From the NCBI RefSeq assembly GCF_001194135.2, contig NC_068984.1:36132424-36185557 (forward strand): a stretch of 53,134 bases of DNA. The letters are read 5' to 3'. How positions within the stretch are numbered: the stretch's first letter is position 1; each line of letters opens with the position of its first letter. Position numbers and translations under genes: made by a program. This document shows, one piece after another, positions 14,078-26,125 of the stretch. This stretch comes from Octopus bimaculoides. Taxonomy: Eukaryota. The notes under the pieces were generated by a model. The model was not told the DNA's origin. It saw nothing but the letters and a program-made list of their open reading frames with translations, and made no database searches.

Positions 14078-14440
14078 CACGAGTAGAGATTCAAGCGGGC
14101 GATTTGGCATATGTAACTAATTTGCATAAGCTCCTCCGCAGGAATCCTGTACAAATGGGACGGCTCGTGCAACAAGTGCGTCCTGTATGTTCTTTTTAGT
14201 CTCTCAACAACACTTGTTTCTATATAATATCTAAGCACTTGGACACTTCCGTGGAGTATTTTAAGAATTCCCAAAAGTGAAGTAAAAATACAAAATATTA
14301 CCGAATAATTAGTGACTTTAATCAATACAACTTTCATCAATATTTCAGATTGTTCGCGTTACCAATATTTTGAAAACAGAAATTTGAAGGTCATATTTTG
14401 CAGTAGAACTATATGAAATGTAAATATTATGGATGCACAT
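14078..14440 (+). pseudogene. Decayed laminin-type EGF-like exon remnants (two pieces)
   Basis: After the acceptor ctttcag (14077): GRFGICN and, in another frame, WDGSCNKC. After tatttcag (14348): DCSRYQYFENRNLKVIFCSRTI*, then KCKYYGC. Frameshifts are required and the call is by eye only. Confidence 0.35.
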
Positions 14441-15538
14441 ACTTAATATTTGTGTTTTATTTAAACGCGTATTAACTACGGAATTTCATCCAGAGAATGT
14501 ACCTTAAAGATGTCGAGTGCTAAACAAATCGCTGAATTCCTCCGATTTGCTCCGTCGGTGAACGTGAACAGCGGATATCGATATTTCATTGTTATTCCAA
14601 CTCATGGGTACGGTATAATCGAGCCAACCCCGAAACGAAATAAAATCGCTGGTCTGTGGAATATATGTAAATAGTGTAATATCTGTCTGTTGATGTTCAA
14701 CAACAGAAGTAACACAAAATTAAGTTCTGAATATCTAATTTCTAACAATGTAAACAGTATTGATGTCACATATTTAGTGTATATGTTTTTAGTGGAATGT
14801 AGTCGATCGCAGATGAAATACCAATCACATATACTGCTGCACAGCAAGTGTTTGACAACACTTTAAAACAAAAGTTAGCGAGCAACATATTCTCTAAACA
14901 TGCCTTTCACATAATGTATTAAGACAGAATAAATTAAATTGATTACTTTTCTAGGAATTCAAGTAAATAGAGTTGGACACCCCCTGAACAAGGAATAGAT
15001 AATTCAAATTATAATATATATCGAAGTTTCATTGCATTGCTAGGAAAAAATAAATTTTAACATTTCTTTAACGTTGCACAATACAAAAGCCATCATTTTC
15101 ATTACTACATATGTCAGGATGATACTCTGCTTAGAGGCATTATAAGCTAGTTGCTTTCCTTCCTTTATATGAATTTGCATAGCAATTTAAGGCAAATCAA
15201 CTTATTGTAATTCGTTTCCCTACGAAATTACATGAGTTATTTCAGATATTTAAATTCACAGAATTTTAACTTGATGGTATGTATGAAATGATTTTCTCTG
15301 CTGAGAAGTTGGCAAGTGCGATTGCCGTAACGATAATGCACCTCACTTCGATTCCTACACTTAAGTACTGCACTATACGTAAGTTGTTTGCATTGGTGAA
15401 ATTCACACACACATACGCACGCAGGCACACACGCACACACACACTCATACACTCATGCAAATACAGACATGCACTCACACACACACACATGTTAACATAT
15501 ATATATTCATGCACATATGCGCACGCACACTCACACAA

Positions 15539-15581
<43 letters not shown>

Positions 15582-15594
15582 NNNNNNNNNNACA

Positions 15595-15632
<38 letters not shown>

Positions 15633-15739
15633 AGTATATAAACAAAATGGCTGCTTATTTCTCTGAGATTGGTCAAATTTATGTAGACACCACTGAGGAG
15701 AATCTAAATTGGCTCGAATATCGATGAAGTCTACTCATA

Positions 15740-16400
15740 ATTTTTCAATCCTCGTGGAGAAACATACGAGTTTAATAATCAGAGTAGTAACATCGCACTG
15801 AACAAAAACGGTGCCGACGAGACACATATGAATGCAGAACCAACTCTTAATCAATCGTATGATCCTTGGGAACTGTCATAACAGATGCAGAAATCCCAGT
15901 TCTGCATGGATTGATTGTAGAAAGGCCTTTCATAGCATACCTCATTCATATATCTTGAAATCACTGGATACCTTCACAATGTCTCCTGTGATTTCAAACT
16001 TCCTGAAGCACAACATCTCTGTGTGGAATGCGAATCTCCAATTAAGCCACTCTAATAAAGTACTTGCCACAAAAAATATTAATGTCAACTGAGGCATTTT
16101 CCAAAGTGACTCACTTTCACCTCAAAGTTTTTGTATAGCCCTAATACTCCTTACTAGTAAACTTAGTACAACAGGCTATGCGTACAAAATTGGCGACAAC
16201 ATAATAAGTCATCTACTTTATATCGATGACCTAAGACTCTATGGCAAAGACGATAATGAGCTTCAAGTACATTTACATACTGTGAAAGCATTTATTGATA
16301 ACACCGAGATGGAATTTGGTCTTGATAAATGTGCGAAGGAAACATTTATAAAAGGACTCGAACAGGAATAAACTAACAAATACCTCGGAATAAATTAGGA
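15740..16400 (+). mobile_element. R4/Dong-clade RT core fragment
   Basis: NQLLIN..AWIDCRKAFHSIPH, GIFQSDSLSP, SHLLYIDDL (YIDD at 16219-16230), MEFGLDKCA and KYLGI. In-frame stop present. Confidence 0.9.
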
Positions 16401-16423
16401 CTCTTGCATAATAGTTTTGATGC

Positions 16424-16890
16424 AGTGCCATGCAGTGGTTCTCATGGCTTGTGATCTTAACTGATTACAAGTGTTATCATGTACATGGATTTGTCTTGGT
16501 ATAAAAGATGGGCTACAGCAAATACTCTGCTCAATAATACATATTTGCTTGTCAGTTGTTTGTTCTTAACCAGTAGAGCATGTCATTTGTTCTTAACCAG
16601 TTGAGCATGTACCTATGTGCATCCCTGATCACGAGCAGAAGTAGAGGTGGAGCATCGTAGCCTTGTGTTGAGAGGATATCTTTGGGGTTTGGATAATTCA
16701 CCATTGCAAAAATGGGTGTTTCATTCAACATCCTTAAACAATCCTTATTCAGAGATCTTTTGAGTAGGATGGGCTACTCAACCTGAAGTAAATTCTAACT
16801 GGGCCCCACCTGTAAGGTCATGTGCTGCTTATCTTGCTATTATATTACCATATCGTGCACATATGGCTGTGATGCATGTAGATTGGTGCA
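16424..16890 (+). repeat. Unclassified ~0.5 kb interspersed repeat (family X), copy 1
   Basis: Shares TTCTGCTCAA, TTAACCAGTTGAGCATG, GGATAATTCACC, TTCAACATCCT and AACTGGGCC in order with 25417-25890 and 34062-34600. Confidence 0.85.
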
Positions 16891-17049
16891 CCCTAATCCG
16901 ACGGGTAGCCCTGATTGTTATACTCGTTAATCGCTAGTAGTAGTAAACACAATTTACTTCTGCTAACCCCAAGGGTGTGAGGCCTTTTTTGTCTCCTTAT
17001 CGCATAGGAATGCGCACTGCTGATCTCTTCACCATCTGCTGAATGTATT

Positions 17050-17330
17050 TGCAGATCTATAGAATTTGGTCTATACACCAAGCTGCTTCTCTTCCTCCTT
17101 CTCTCAAGAATGATCACCAGTGAATGTGAGATCACTTGAAATAACAAGTAAAGGATCTAAAAATTAGAATAACCCCTTGATTACCATTCATGCACAGGGT
17201 GCAAAGGATAGTATTAAGATTTATGAAAAGAAAGAATGGTGTTAGAGGACTGATTAGTATATACCGTTGTATAAAGTGTGAAAGGAGAACGCTCACCGAG
17301 TAATTGATAAATAGCAGGTTTGTCGGAGTG
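17050..17330 (+). mobile_element. R4/Dong thumb-region fragment
   Basis: IEFGL near 17057. The segment AAGAAAGAATGGTGTTAGAGGACTGATTAGTAT..TGTGAAAGGAGAACGCT aligns with 32243-32310 (RKNSGRGLIG...CERRTL). Confidence 0.7.
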
Positions 17331-17389
17331 CCTGAAACCTGCAGTTCATTAACAAGGCATTCAATAAGGTAATGCATTATTCCTCTTGA

Positions 17390-17840
17390 TGGATTGGTTT
17401 GGGCTGTTGAGGTGCGTGTAATTTCTCAAGAAGTCAAAATTCACAATTACATTCTAAAACTGAGTAAGGAGGAGCCCTGTCAAGGATATTCCATTTGATG
17501 TCAGGGTTGGCATTTGGATTATGTCGTAGTATTGAAATACAGCGGGTGAGAAAGGTAAAATCTTCTCTTTCTCCACACATGATTGCGTGCGTTTGTTGTT
17601 TATATACTTCCTTAAACGTATTGCCTCTTATGTCTGTGTTTGGTCTAGTGATACGTTCGGCTGATGTGAGGGTGATTCTATCGATTATTGCCTTTCAAAT
17701 GCAGTATTTTCTTCTTGGGCACTTAGTAGAGTTTCGGAGGTTACATGTTGGGGTGTGATGTAGGTTTGTTTGCGTCATATGTAGCGTTCGATATTTGAAA
17801 TGATATTAGTTAGGCTTGAGTAGTTAACTTTGGTGTAATG
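17390..17840 (-). mobile_element. Penelope-like element, GIY-YIG endonuclease region (decayed)
   Basis: Minus strand reads KVNYSSLTNIIS; CNLRNSTKCP..C..KAII; NTFKEVYKQ; PDIKWNILDRAPPYS..C....LLEK. This matches the CxCR..CPL / IxWxIL..A.PY / C.LCL.EK layout of the Penelope endonuclease. Confidence 0.78.
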
Positions 17841-19932
17841 CACACACTCATTTTATTACGTTTAACATTCAATGCTATTCTTAGCTTATCACATAAATCA
17901 TGTTCTTGGTGACTTCACGTGACATACGATTTCATACTCGTGTATATAATGGTCGAAATTAGAATTGTACAGTGCCCGGTGTCTTAATTCTCACTGTACT
18001 ACTTGAATGTCATACTTTGTCCCTCCTTCAAAATCATGATTTCACGCGACACAAAGTGACTTTCCTGTGAGATGGTATAATCAATTACATCAAACCCAGT
18101 ACTTGTGTGGTACATATTTTATTAATGCCCAATATAGGTAACAATGATAGCAAGTGTGGTATTTGCACTCAAGCTATAAATGGACATTACATATCACTAT
18201 ATGTTTTATGCTTAGTACTTCCGGTTTCTGTAATACAACTTCTTCTGTTGATACATACAATGTAACGCTATATATTTCTTTTGTAAGTTATATGATGTTA
18301 AATACGATTGTATCAGTTGTTTTTCTCATCGCTATGTTTCATTCTACGAGGAACATTACATTAAACACAAAACGATTAATGCAATAAAATAAGACAGAAT
18401 GCAATTTATTCTATGTGACTGCAGAGATAACCAAATATATAAACAATATTATGCGCCCCTACTTTCTTATTATATTATGTGTATTCTTTTTTCTTCCTGA
18501 GAAGAGTATGCAAAATAATAGTTGAAATCATAGAAACATGGTAAATCAGAATTTTATACGATAGAAATGAAAATATTGATAAAAACTAGAGATAATTGTT
18601 TGAAATATAGCATGGAAACACTCAAGTATGGCGACTGTATTTTCAGTTGCTATGATCAGTGAGAGATTGCAAATAATCTGAAATATGCAACGATAGGCAT
18701 ATGCATATGCTTGTGTTATATTGAAACGCAGCCATCAATTCTGTTTTGAGATTTTTCTATCTTTGCCTAGAATATATTTCACTAAATCTTGCTTGTTTTT
18801 GCAAGTATTCGACAGACTTAAACTCTAATTTACAATAGTTATATTTCAGAGACAGAAATATCTCAAACTATATATAAAATCCTTCCGTTTATGAGACGCA
18901 TTCTTGCCAGTAGATGTTAACTACACCCAGGTGCAATCCCCTCTCGTTGTCACTCCTTTTGTTAACAGGTCGTCGTTTGCAAAGAATGTAAACAGTAATT
19001 TGTCGTAAAATACACTCAATTTAAATCTCAATAGTGTGGTTCTCTTTGTGATACTGTAAATCAAATCATCGTAAAAGTGTATGAACGCATGATCTTACAC
19101 AATTTATCAACCTTCTATTTTCCAAGCAACCTCTCGTAAACTCCAAAATGTTTTATTCTTCAATGTTTCAGAATTTTACTCCTTCGCACACCATTGCAAA
19201 CTACTAGATCTGATGTGAGATCTCATGATAAATACATGTGTTCAGACGCTTGAAGAACAATAAATGTTTTAATCAACCCTCGAATTTTACATGACTATCT
19301 TCAAAAAGAAAAGAATACAATAAATCTGATTTCATTTAATCACCCATAATCCATAACTGGGCGACGTTTTAACATCTGATAGTATTTATCTTGCTTGTAT
19401 GCCTGTTTGTCGCAGCCGTTTTATTGTTGGTTGGATGGTGTGCTCATGTGTTCGATTTATTTGTCCGGGCCATCGATCTTTAGGCTAACAAAGAGCCAAA
19501 AATTTGGAATGCATACCTCACGACTTTTTCCGTCATTTCTCTGGCCCCAAGTTGACTTCAATAAAGCACGTGACACATATCAGTCTTTCTCAATTCTATG
19601 GGCATGTTGCATGAACTAAAGCATGCCATATCTGTAACAGAAAGGTTAGTTTTGGCTAGTATAGTTTTGAGCATACTTATTCAGGGCAGAATTGCTGATA
19701 AACCATGACAAAGCTGCATATCAAACTTCCAAACTCATAGTACATTTTCTAGCTGACTCAATGAGTCTTTGACACATCTATCCTTAATAATTCTCACTTT
19801 GATCATCTTTCATCATTTGCAACGCAATGACTCTAAAATGCTTATTCCCCACTGATCTCTCAGTAAAACAAGAGCTTATAGTATGAAATGTGTTATGTTG
19901 CCGAAATGATTCTGCCATTTTCTGATTACATA

Positions 19933-21065
19933 CGAGGGTCAGCTGAAAAGTTAATAGGGTAAACAAGATACTCTCACGCTATATGGCCAAATGAAGCTTG
20001 TTTTATCAATATAGTCTCTCGTGCAGTCAGCACACTCCCTCCATTCCTCCATTGGTGTTGCAGTGCTACGTTCCCATTGGTGAAGAATCTTTCATACTGT
20101 TAGTCAAAAATCTCATCAACAGCAGATATGACATCCCCATCACTGCAATGCTGGTTCCTGACCAAGTGCCTTTTCATATTAGGGAAGAGATAGCGAAATG
20201 GAGCCAACAGAGTGAGTGATCAAGCACAACACCCATTAAAACGAGTACTGGTGTGATGGTGCATTGTCATGAAAATAGACCCCCTCCCTCTGAGCGTCTG
20301 GTATTGATAGACTTTCCTAACTACCGCAACAAGCTGGCACAGTATTCTTCACTTATGGTGTGTTTCTTTTCATGAATCTCAATGAACACAAATCCTTTTG
20401 CATCCCCAAATTCTGTGGCCATCACATTCCCTGCATATGAAACGACTTTGGCTTTCTTTGGATCAAGCGAGGAAGAGTGTTTCCGCTGCATGGATTATCT
20501 TTTTATCTCTGGCTCAAAATTTTGAAAACAGCATTCACCCTGGGTTAGGAAACGCTCAAAGAAATCGGTTGAATGTGCCTCCAACAATGCCAGATTTTCT
20601 CGTGATGTAATCAGCCTTGTGCGCTTCTTATCAGGTGTCGGAAAGCGTAGGACCCACCGAGTAGAAACCAAATTCATTGAGCAGAATATTCTCAACTCCC
20701 TCATGGGATATACAAATGACATTGAGTACTTTATTCATAAGAAGTCACCTATCATTCGTCACCTTGAGCTGAACACGATCAATGCGTTTGTCGGTGGTAG
20801 GATTTCCAGAATGTTAAGAACTTGAGTCATCTTCAAAATTTTCCCACTGGTACTTGATAACACCATGATGCCAAACATGGTTCATTTTCAATAGAAATCG
20901 ATACTAGTTACATTTGAAGTTCGCTTTGAACAGTCAGATATAAGTTTACCTAGAATGAAACGATTCCGTTATAAATAAGAATAACTGAAATTAATGCATG
21001 CAAAATTTCACAGCTCTAGCGTCAATCCTTCGTAGTCAGACTATAAACTTTCCAGCCAATCCTCG
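19933..21065 (-). mobile_element. mariner-family DNA transposon (DD34D type), internally deleted and inactive
   Basis: Imperfect TIRs CGAGGGTCAGCTGAAAAGTTAATAG and (reverse complement) CGAGGATTGGCTGGAAAGTTTATAG, with TA on both sides (19931-32, 21066-67). Minus strand reads RWVLRFPTPDKKRTR (about WVPRLLT), FLTQGEC (first D lost), FEPE and HDNAPSH. Confidence 0.9.
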
Positions 21066-21399
21066 TACATACCATTTTCTGAAGATATTTTTTCTCAATT
21101 GCACCTGCTTCCGAAATTCAGATTTTCAAATCCGATAATATGAACTGCAGATAGTTTCCTTTAACTATAGTTTATGTGGAACCCCTCTTCTATCTTACTT
21201 TCTTTCTTCCTCTCCACTTGTCTGTCTCTCCCCCCTCTTTTCTCCCTATTCCCTTCTCTCTCGTTCTATACGCTCGTATCCTTTTAATTCATCACAATCT
21301 AAATCTGTTTTGAAGAGCACTATTACGACTTATAAAAATAACCTATCCGTGCGCCCATTTTAAAATTATTTCTACCTATATAGTAATTATTTTAAAAAG

Positions 21400-21810
21400 C
21401 CACTCTTCCTAATTATATATTTGAGCCAGCCACCACCAGAACACACTTTCAGTGGTTTTTGTAAATGCCATAAATATTTGTAGTAAATGTTAAACTCCAG
21501 TTGTAAATAAAATTATTGGCTACAAGTCAGATGTCTTTGAGTATGATGAGGTGAAGTGGAACGACACATTCAAAACACAAAATAGCCTAAACAATGAAAG
21601 TTTTTGTCTGGCAAAAATGAAGAAATATCCTGAGGTAAATTGGCGGTATACTGAGAATCGAACTTTATTTTCAATAGTAACGCAATAGCAACACGGACTT
21701 CAAAGAAAAATATTACAAGTAACTTCAATCAGCATTTTATCTGATAGCAAAACGGAACAAAACATTTTGAAAAACCAGTAAAATGTACTCTTACGATAAA
21801 GAAATACACA
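21400..21810 (+). pseudogene. Decayed FN3-like coding remnant, paralogous to 23475-23894
   Basis: Collinear with the second copy; for example 21601-21643 vs 23696-23738 are 35/43 identical without gaps. IYLSQPPP..FSG and KPVKCTLTIK motifs; several stops. Confidence 0.4.
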
Positions 21811-22366
21811 CTAAACAGTGTATTTGCTTTCTTTATTAGAGGCCAGCTTACTGGTTGTTTCGAGCGTTACATATGTGTCAACCAATTTTTATTAAATTGT
21901 CTACATATAAAGGATAGGAAATTTTTCGTAAATACAAATGACAACACAGTTATTGACCATTGTGACAGAGACACTGTTATTCATGTACAACGTTTTGTAC
22001 TTTATCACATTTTTTTGTTCTTCTGGCTCACATGTCAAAATGAAATAATTGGCAAAATGCTGATACGCGGCATCCTAACCAAACTTTTGTTCTATAACAC
22101 TACACTACAATTTTAATCATTCCATATGCTGCTGGCTTTGTGTCGAAAGCTGTTTGTTGATTATATACATAACAGGTCCTGGAGATATTCTCTCAGCAGC
22201 ATCTGTTTTAGTTAGGCCTGTCTGCATTCATCAAGTGTTAAATGATTTGTGATTCGTGAAATCCAATAATGTAAGCGGGCCTCCACACTGCGCCTTAAGC
22301 ATCCACAGGTAGTTTTTCAGTGCTATCACATTTACTCGGTAAACCACTAAATTTTGAAACTCACAA

Positions 22367-22402
<36 letters not shown>

Positions 22403-23388
22403 AGATCTACTCATCTTCAAAAATATAGAATAATATTATTTCAAAAGCAAAGAATAAAATTAAGAAAACGATGTCCATTTTGAAAAATAATTGCTATACA
22501 TATATACATACACATATATTTTTTATCCTATAATTAAGATATAGTTTTTACATGTGGTCGGAGTTCCAACACTAGGCGTAAAGTCACTAACGGTGCTCAA
22601 ATCATACTATTAACAGAGTTATTAGAATAGCACCACTGCACAAATGAGAGGTACAGCATGAATCTTTTCAATTTGATGCAAAAAGAAAACGAAAAATAAA
22701 GCGTACAATACTCAGTATAACTATGATCAATTAAATGCAAAGGTATGAAGATTACGACTATTAAAATTTAAAGTGATACTTCACTGCCGAAAAAGCACAG
22801 ATAAAACAGAAAATATTCAAGCAAACATGAGAGCTTTACATTTTGTATGATTTTTATTTTACTAATATACACAGGTTGCACTAAAACAAAAACTGAGAAT
22901 ATTCTCGTCTAAGTTTTCTAGTGACATTAAACCTGATATAACAATAACGTTGAGCTACAGTTCACAACATAACAACATAACTGAAGAAAATACAATCGCG
23001 AAGCCCCCAATTACAAAACAGAAAATAGGTAATGGAATGACAAATATAGGACAGAAAACATTAAATGTAAAACAAAGAATTTAACTATGTACTAGCTACA
23101 ACGTTACATATTCTAAAATTCGAATGATATAGAGATTAGCATGGCTCCTATGGAAGGATGACGAGCAAAATCGTGAATCGTTCCATATCGTAAGGTGGTG
23201 CTCCAGCATGGTCGCAGTCAAATGACTGAAAAACGTATAAGAATAAAGGAATTTATATACATCACTTTCTTTCTTTCTTTCTCTTTGGTGATGAAAATAA
23301 ATTCAAAATTCATCTCCCTATTAATTTACGTTAACCTATACTATCAAAATTTATGTTTTTTGTATTAGATTTTATCATTTTTCAACAG

Positions 23389-23894
23389 TGCTATTACAAA
23401 GTTAACAGCTCATATTTTAAAGTGAAGTGTACACATTTTATCTCATTCCAAGAGAAAATCTATCAAAAAAAGTATATTCTTTATAATTATATATATATGG
23501 GGCTTCCACCTCAACAAAAAAAAATGTTTGGCTGGCGTGTGCCAATAGGACATATGATTAATATGTATTGGTACAAACTGACAGTCTCCAGTTGCTTATT
23601 AAAATTTCGGCTAGAAGCCAGTTTTGAATGAAAGTAGTTAGATGAAGTGGAACACTAAGCATAAAACCATATATATAGAACACATAATGAGACCATTTTT
23701 CTCTGACAAAGTTGTAAAAATATCCTTAGGTACATTGGCACATTGTTTTTGATAGTAACGAACCGTTGCAGCCAACTTCAAAGAAAATATTTCCAAGTCA
23801 GAACAATCAGCATTTTATTTCATCGCCAAATTGAAGAAAACAGTTTGTAAAAGAGTAAAATGTACTCTTAAGATGAAGAATGTAAACGGAATAG
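23389..23894 (+). pseudogene. Decayed FN3-like exon(s)
   Basis: Open frame 23759-23894, RTVAANFKENISKSEQSAFYFIAKLKKTVCKRVKCTLKMKNVNGI(G), ends at a G|GT donor and resembles FN3 strands E-G (Y.I..L....Y....A.N..G.G). Upstream frame reads IYMGLPP..MFG. Intervening stops. Confidence 0.45.
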
Positions 23895-24929
23895 GTATTT
23901 TCGTTATTATTTTGCCGTTGGCTGAACTCCTTAAATCATGGAATATATGTCTATATTAGTTCGATAATGAATGACACAATTTCACATACATTAATGTCTA
24001 TGTAAGCCGGGAATATATGGAAGAGTTTCACTCCTCTTCGTGCATTCTTTCAATTTAAAATTTAAAAAATATTAACATAGAATACATTGAATGATATGAT
24101 TTACATTATTATATTTCATGTTACTTCTATCAAACATACAATGTCAATTCTCTTTGATGCTGATAAAGTTACGTTTGATCATTAGAACTAAATTCGACTG
24201 GCTTTACCATATTACACTGGTGTCCGTCAGCCTTGAACATGCAACATGTTACCCCATAGTATACTTAAAGTAATTCTGAATTATATATTTCTAAAGTAAT
24301 ATTTCAATATTTTGATGTGTTTAGTTTCGTTTTTATGCACTTGACGTTATATCTGCATTAATAAATGTTTTAAATATTTCTATAACATCTGATTTCTTTT
24401 AAAAATTACATAAATATTCTATCACACACGTGTGATACTTCCATCAATATTCCATTTATGAGTTTGTCAACTTATGAAACTCGTAGAGTAGCAATAATTG
24501 TCGTTTTAACAGTGTTTGGAACAAAAAACTCAGCGTTAATCAAATTTTATGACCTGATAGTCGAAACATGTTTATTGACTTTATAGATCATTAAGACTAA
24601 TGCTAATATTTCAATTCGAACGAAAACACATGATTGTGCATTTCTATATAAGTTACTTGTAAGTAATGTTTCCCAGACTAATTGAATATTTTCAACATAT
24701 TTTGTGAAAGTGCAAACATATGTTTAACGTCACTGTTTTAATGACCCTTGTTATATCGATGGGAAGTAAATATAGCAGATCAGAACTTTTAACAATATTT
24801 GTGCCAGTGATGTGTACTCTATAAACGGCGGGGCAATTTATCCCAGACCAAAACTTAGCATTTAACATGCTCTTCTTTAATTAGCTGTATTAAAGAAAAG
24901 ATTATGAAGTCTTATAGGATACATTTAAC

Positions 24930-25045
24930 GTGGCAAGCTGGCAGAAAAGTCAGTACGCCGGGCAAAATGCTTAGTGATATTTCATCCGTTTTACGTACTG
25001 AGTTCAGATTCCGATGAGGTCGGTTTTGCCTTCCCTCGTTTCAGG
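24930..25045 (+). mobile_element. Family-1 SINE, 5' ~115 nt
   Basis: GGCAAGCTGGCAGAA..GCCGGGCAAAATGCTTAG..GAGTTCAGATTCC. Confidence 0.85.
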
Positions 25046-25212
25046 ACCGCTCGAATAATCCGGAAGGTGCTCGAAATATAAGAGGTGTTACCTTAGTTCA
25101 CTGGTAGTGAACTGTTGACACTGTAGTACATCTACAGCTTTAGAAGCTGTGCAAAAAAAGACAATAACAACAACAACAACAACAATAATAATAATAATAA
25201 TAATAATAATAT
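25046..25212 (+). mobile_element. R4/Dong subfamily B 3' end with (AAC/AAT)n tail
   Basis: Reads TARIIRKVLEI*, then a UTR matching the reverse complement of 43480-43595. Confidence 0.8.
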
Positions 25213-25416
25213 CCTTTAGAGTAAAGGTTCAAGGGTCTGAAATCCTGTGGAGAGTGGACTAGGCGTTTAATTCGACCTCAGTGCGTCACCCGTAATTATT
25301 TTATCAACCCCGAAAGATTGGATGGCAAAGTCGAACTTGACGGAAATTTAACTGACAACGTAAAGACAATTTATCTCTGAGCATTTTTTCCGGTGTGCTA
25401 ACGATTTTGCCAGCTT
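25213..25416 (-). mobile_element. Family-1 SINE
   Basis: Reverse-complement match to the family-1 consensus; its (TTA)n tail is the (AAT)n at 25190-25212. Confidence 0.8.
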
Positions 25417-25890
25417 GGATCTTAACTGATCGGAATGTATATGGATTGTCCCGGTGTAAAAGATAGGGTAAAACAAATATTCTGCTCAAGATCACAGGTT
25501 TGTTAGTCAGTTTTTCACCTTAACCAGTTGAGCATGACCTTTAGTGACTGACATCTCTGATAACGAGCAGCGACAGTGAGGGAGCATCATAGCCATGTGT
25601 TGAGAAGAATTCTTTGGGCTTTGGATAATTCACCTCAAGAAACATGGATGTTTCGTTCAACATCCTAAAACAAACCTTATGCAGGAAATGCTACTCAACT
25701 TGAAACAACTTGTAACTGGGCCCTATCTAAAAGGTTATGCGCTATTCGTCTTGATATGAAATCACCATGTCGAGCACATATGCTTGTGATTCATGAGACT
25801 TGTGTATCGTTATCGGTCGGGAGGTTATGGTGAATATATTGGGCTTCGTATATTTGTACCCTAGTGTCACTTTGATGGCATGCGCTACTC
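25417..25890 (+). repeat. Family X repeat, copy 2, running into (CT)n
   Basis: Same motifs as copy 1. Confidence 0.85.
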
Positions 25891-25902
25891 TCTCTCTCTC
25901 TG

Positions 25903-25933
<31 letters not shown>

Positions 25934-25958
25934 CTCTCACACACACACACACTCTCTC

Positions 25959-25989
<31 letters not shown>

Positions 25990-26007
25990 CTCTCACATAC
26001 ACACACA

Positions 26008-26053
<46 letters not shown>

Positions 26054-26125
26054 CTGACACTCTCTTGCTCTCGCTCCCACTCTCTCTCTCTCTCCCGCTC
26101 TCAGTTTCTCTCTCTTTCTCTCTCA
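25888..26125. repeat. Compound (CT)n/(CA)n microsatellite
   Basis: Directly visible. Confidence 0.95.

Noticed and set aside
18154-18282. Signal-peptide-like frame ending at GTAAGT
   Set aside because: There is no suitable in-frame ATG upstream (stop at 18148), and hydrophobic runs are expected by chance in T-rich DNA.
19380-19900. Possible LTR-retrotransposon integrase remnant on the minus strand
   Set aside because: Only vague similarity; no HHCC or DDE motifs are recoverable.
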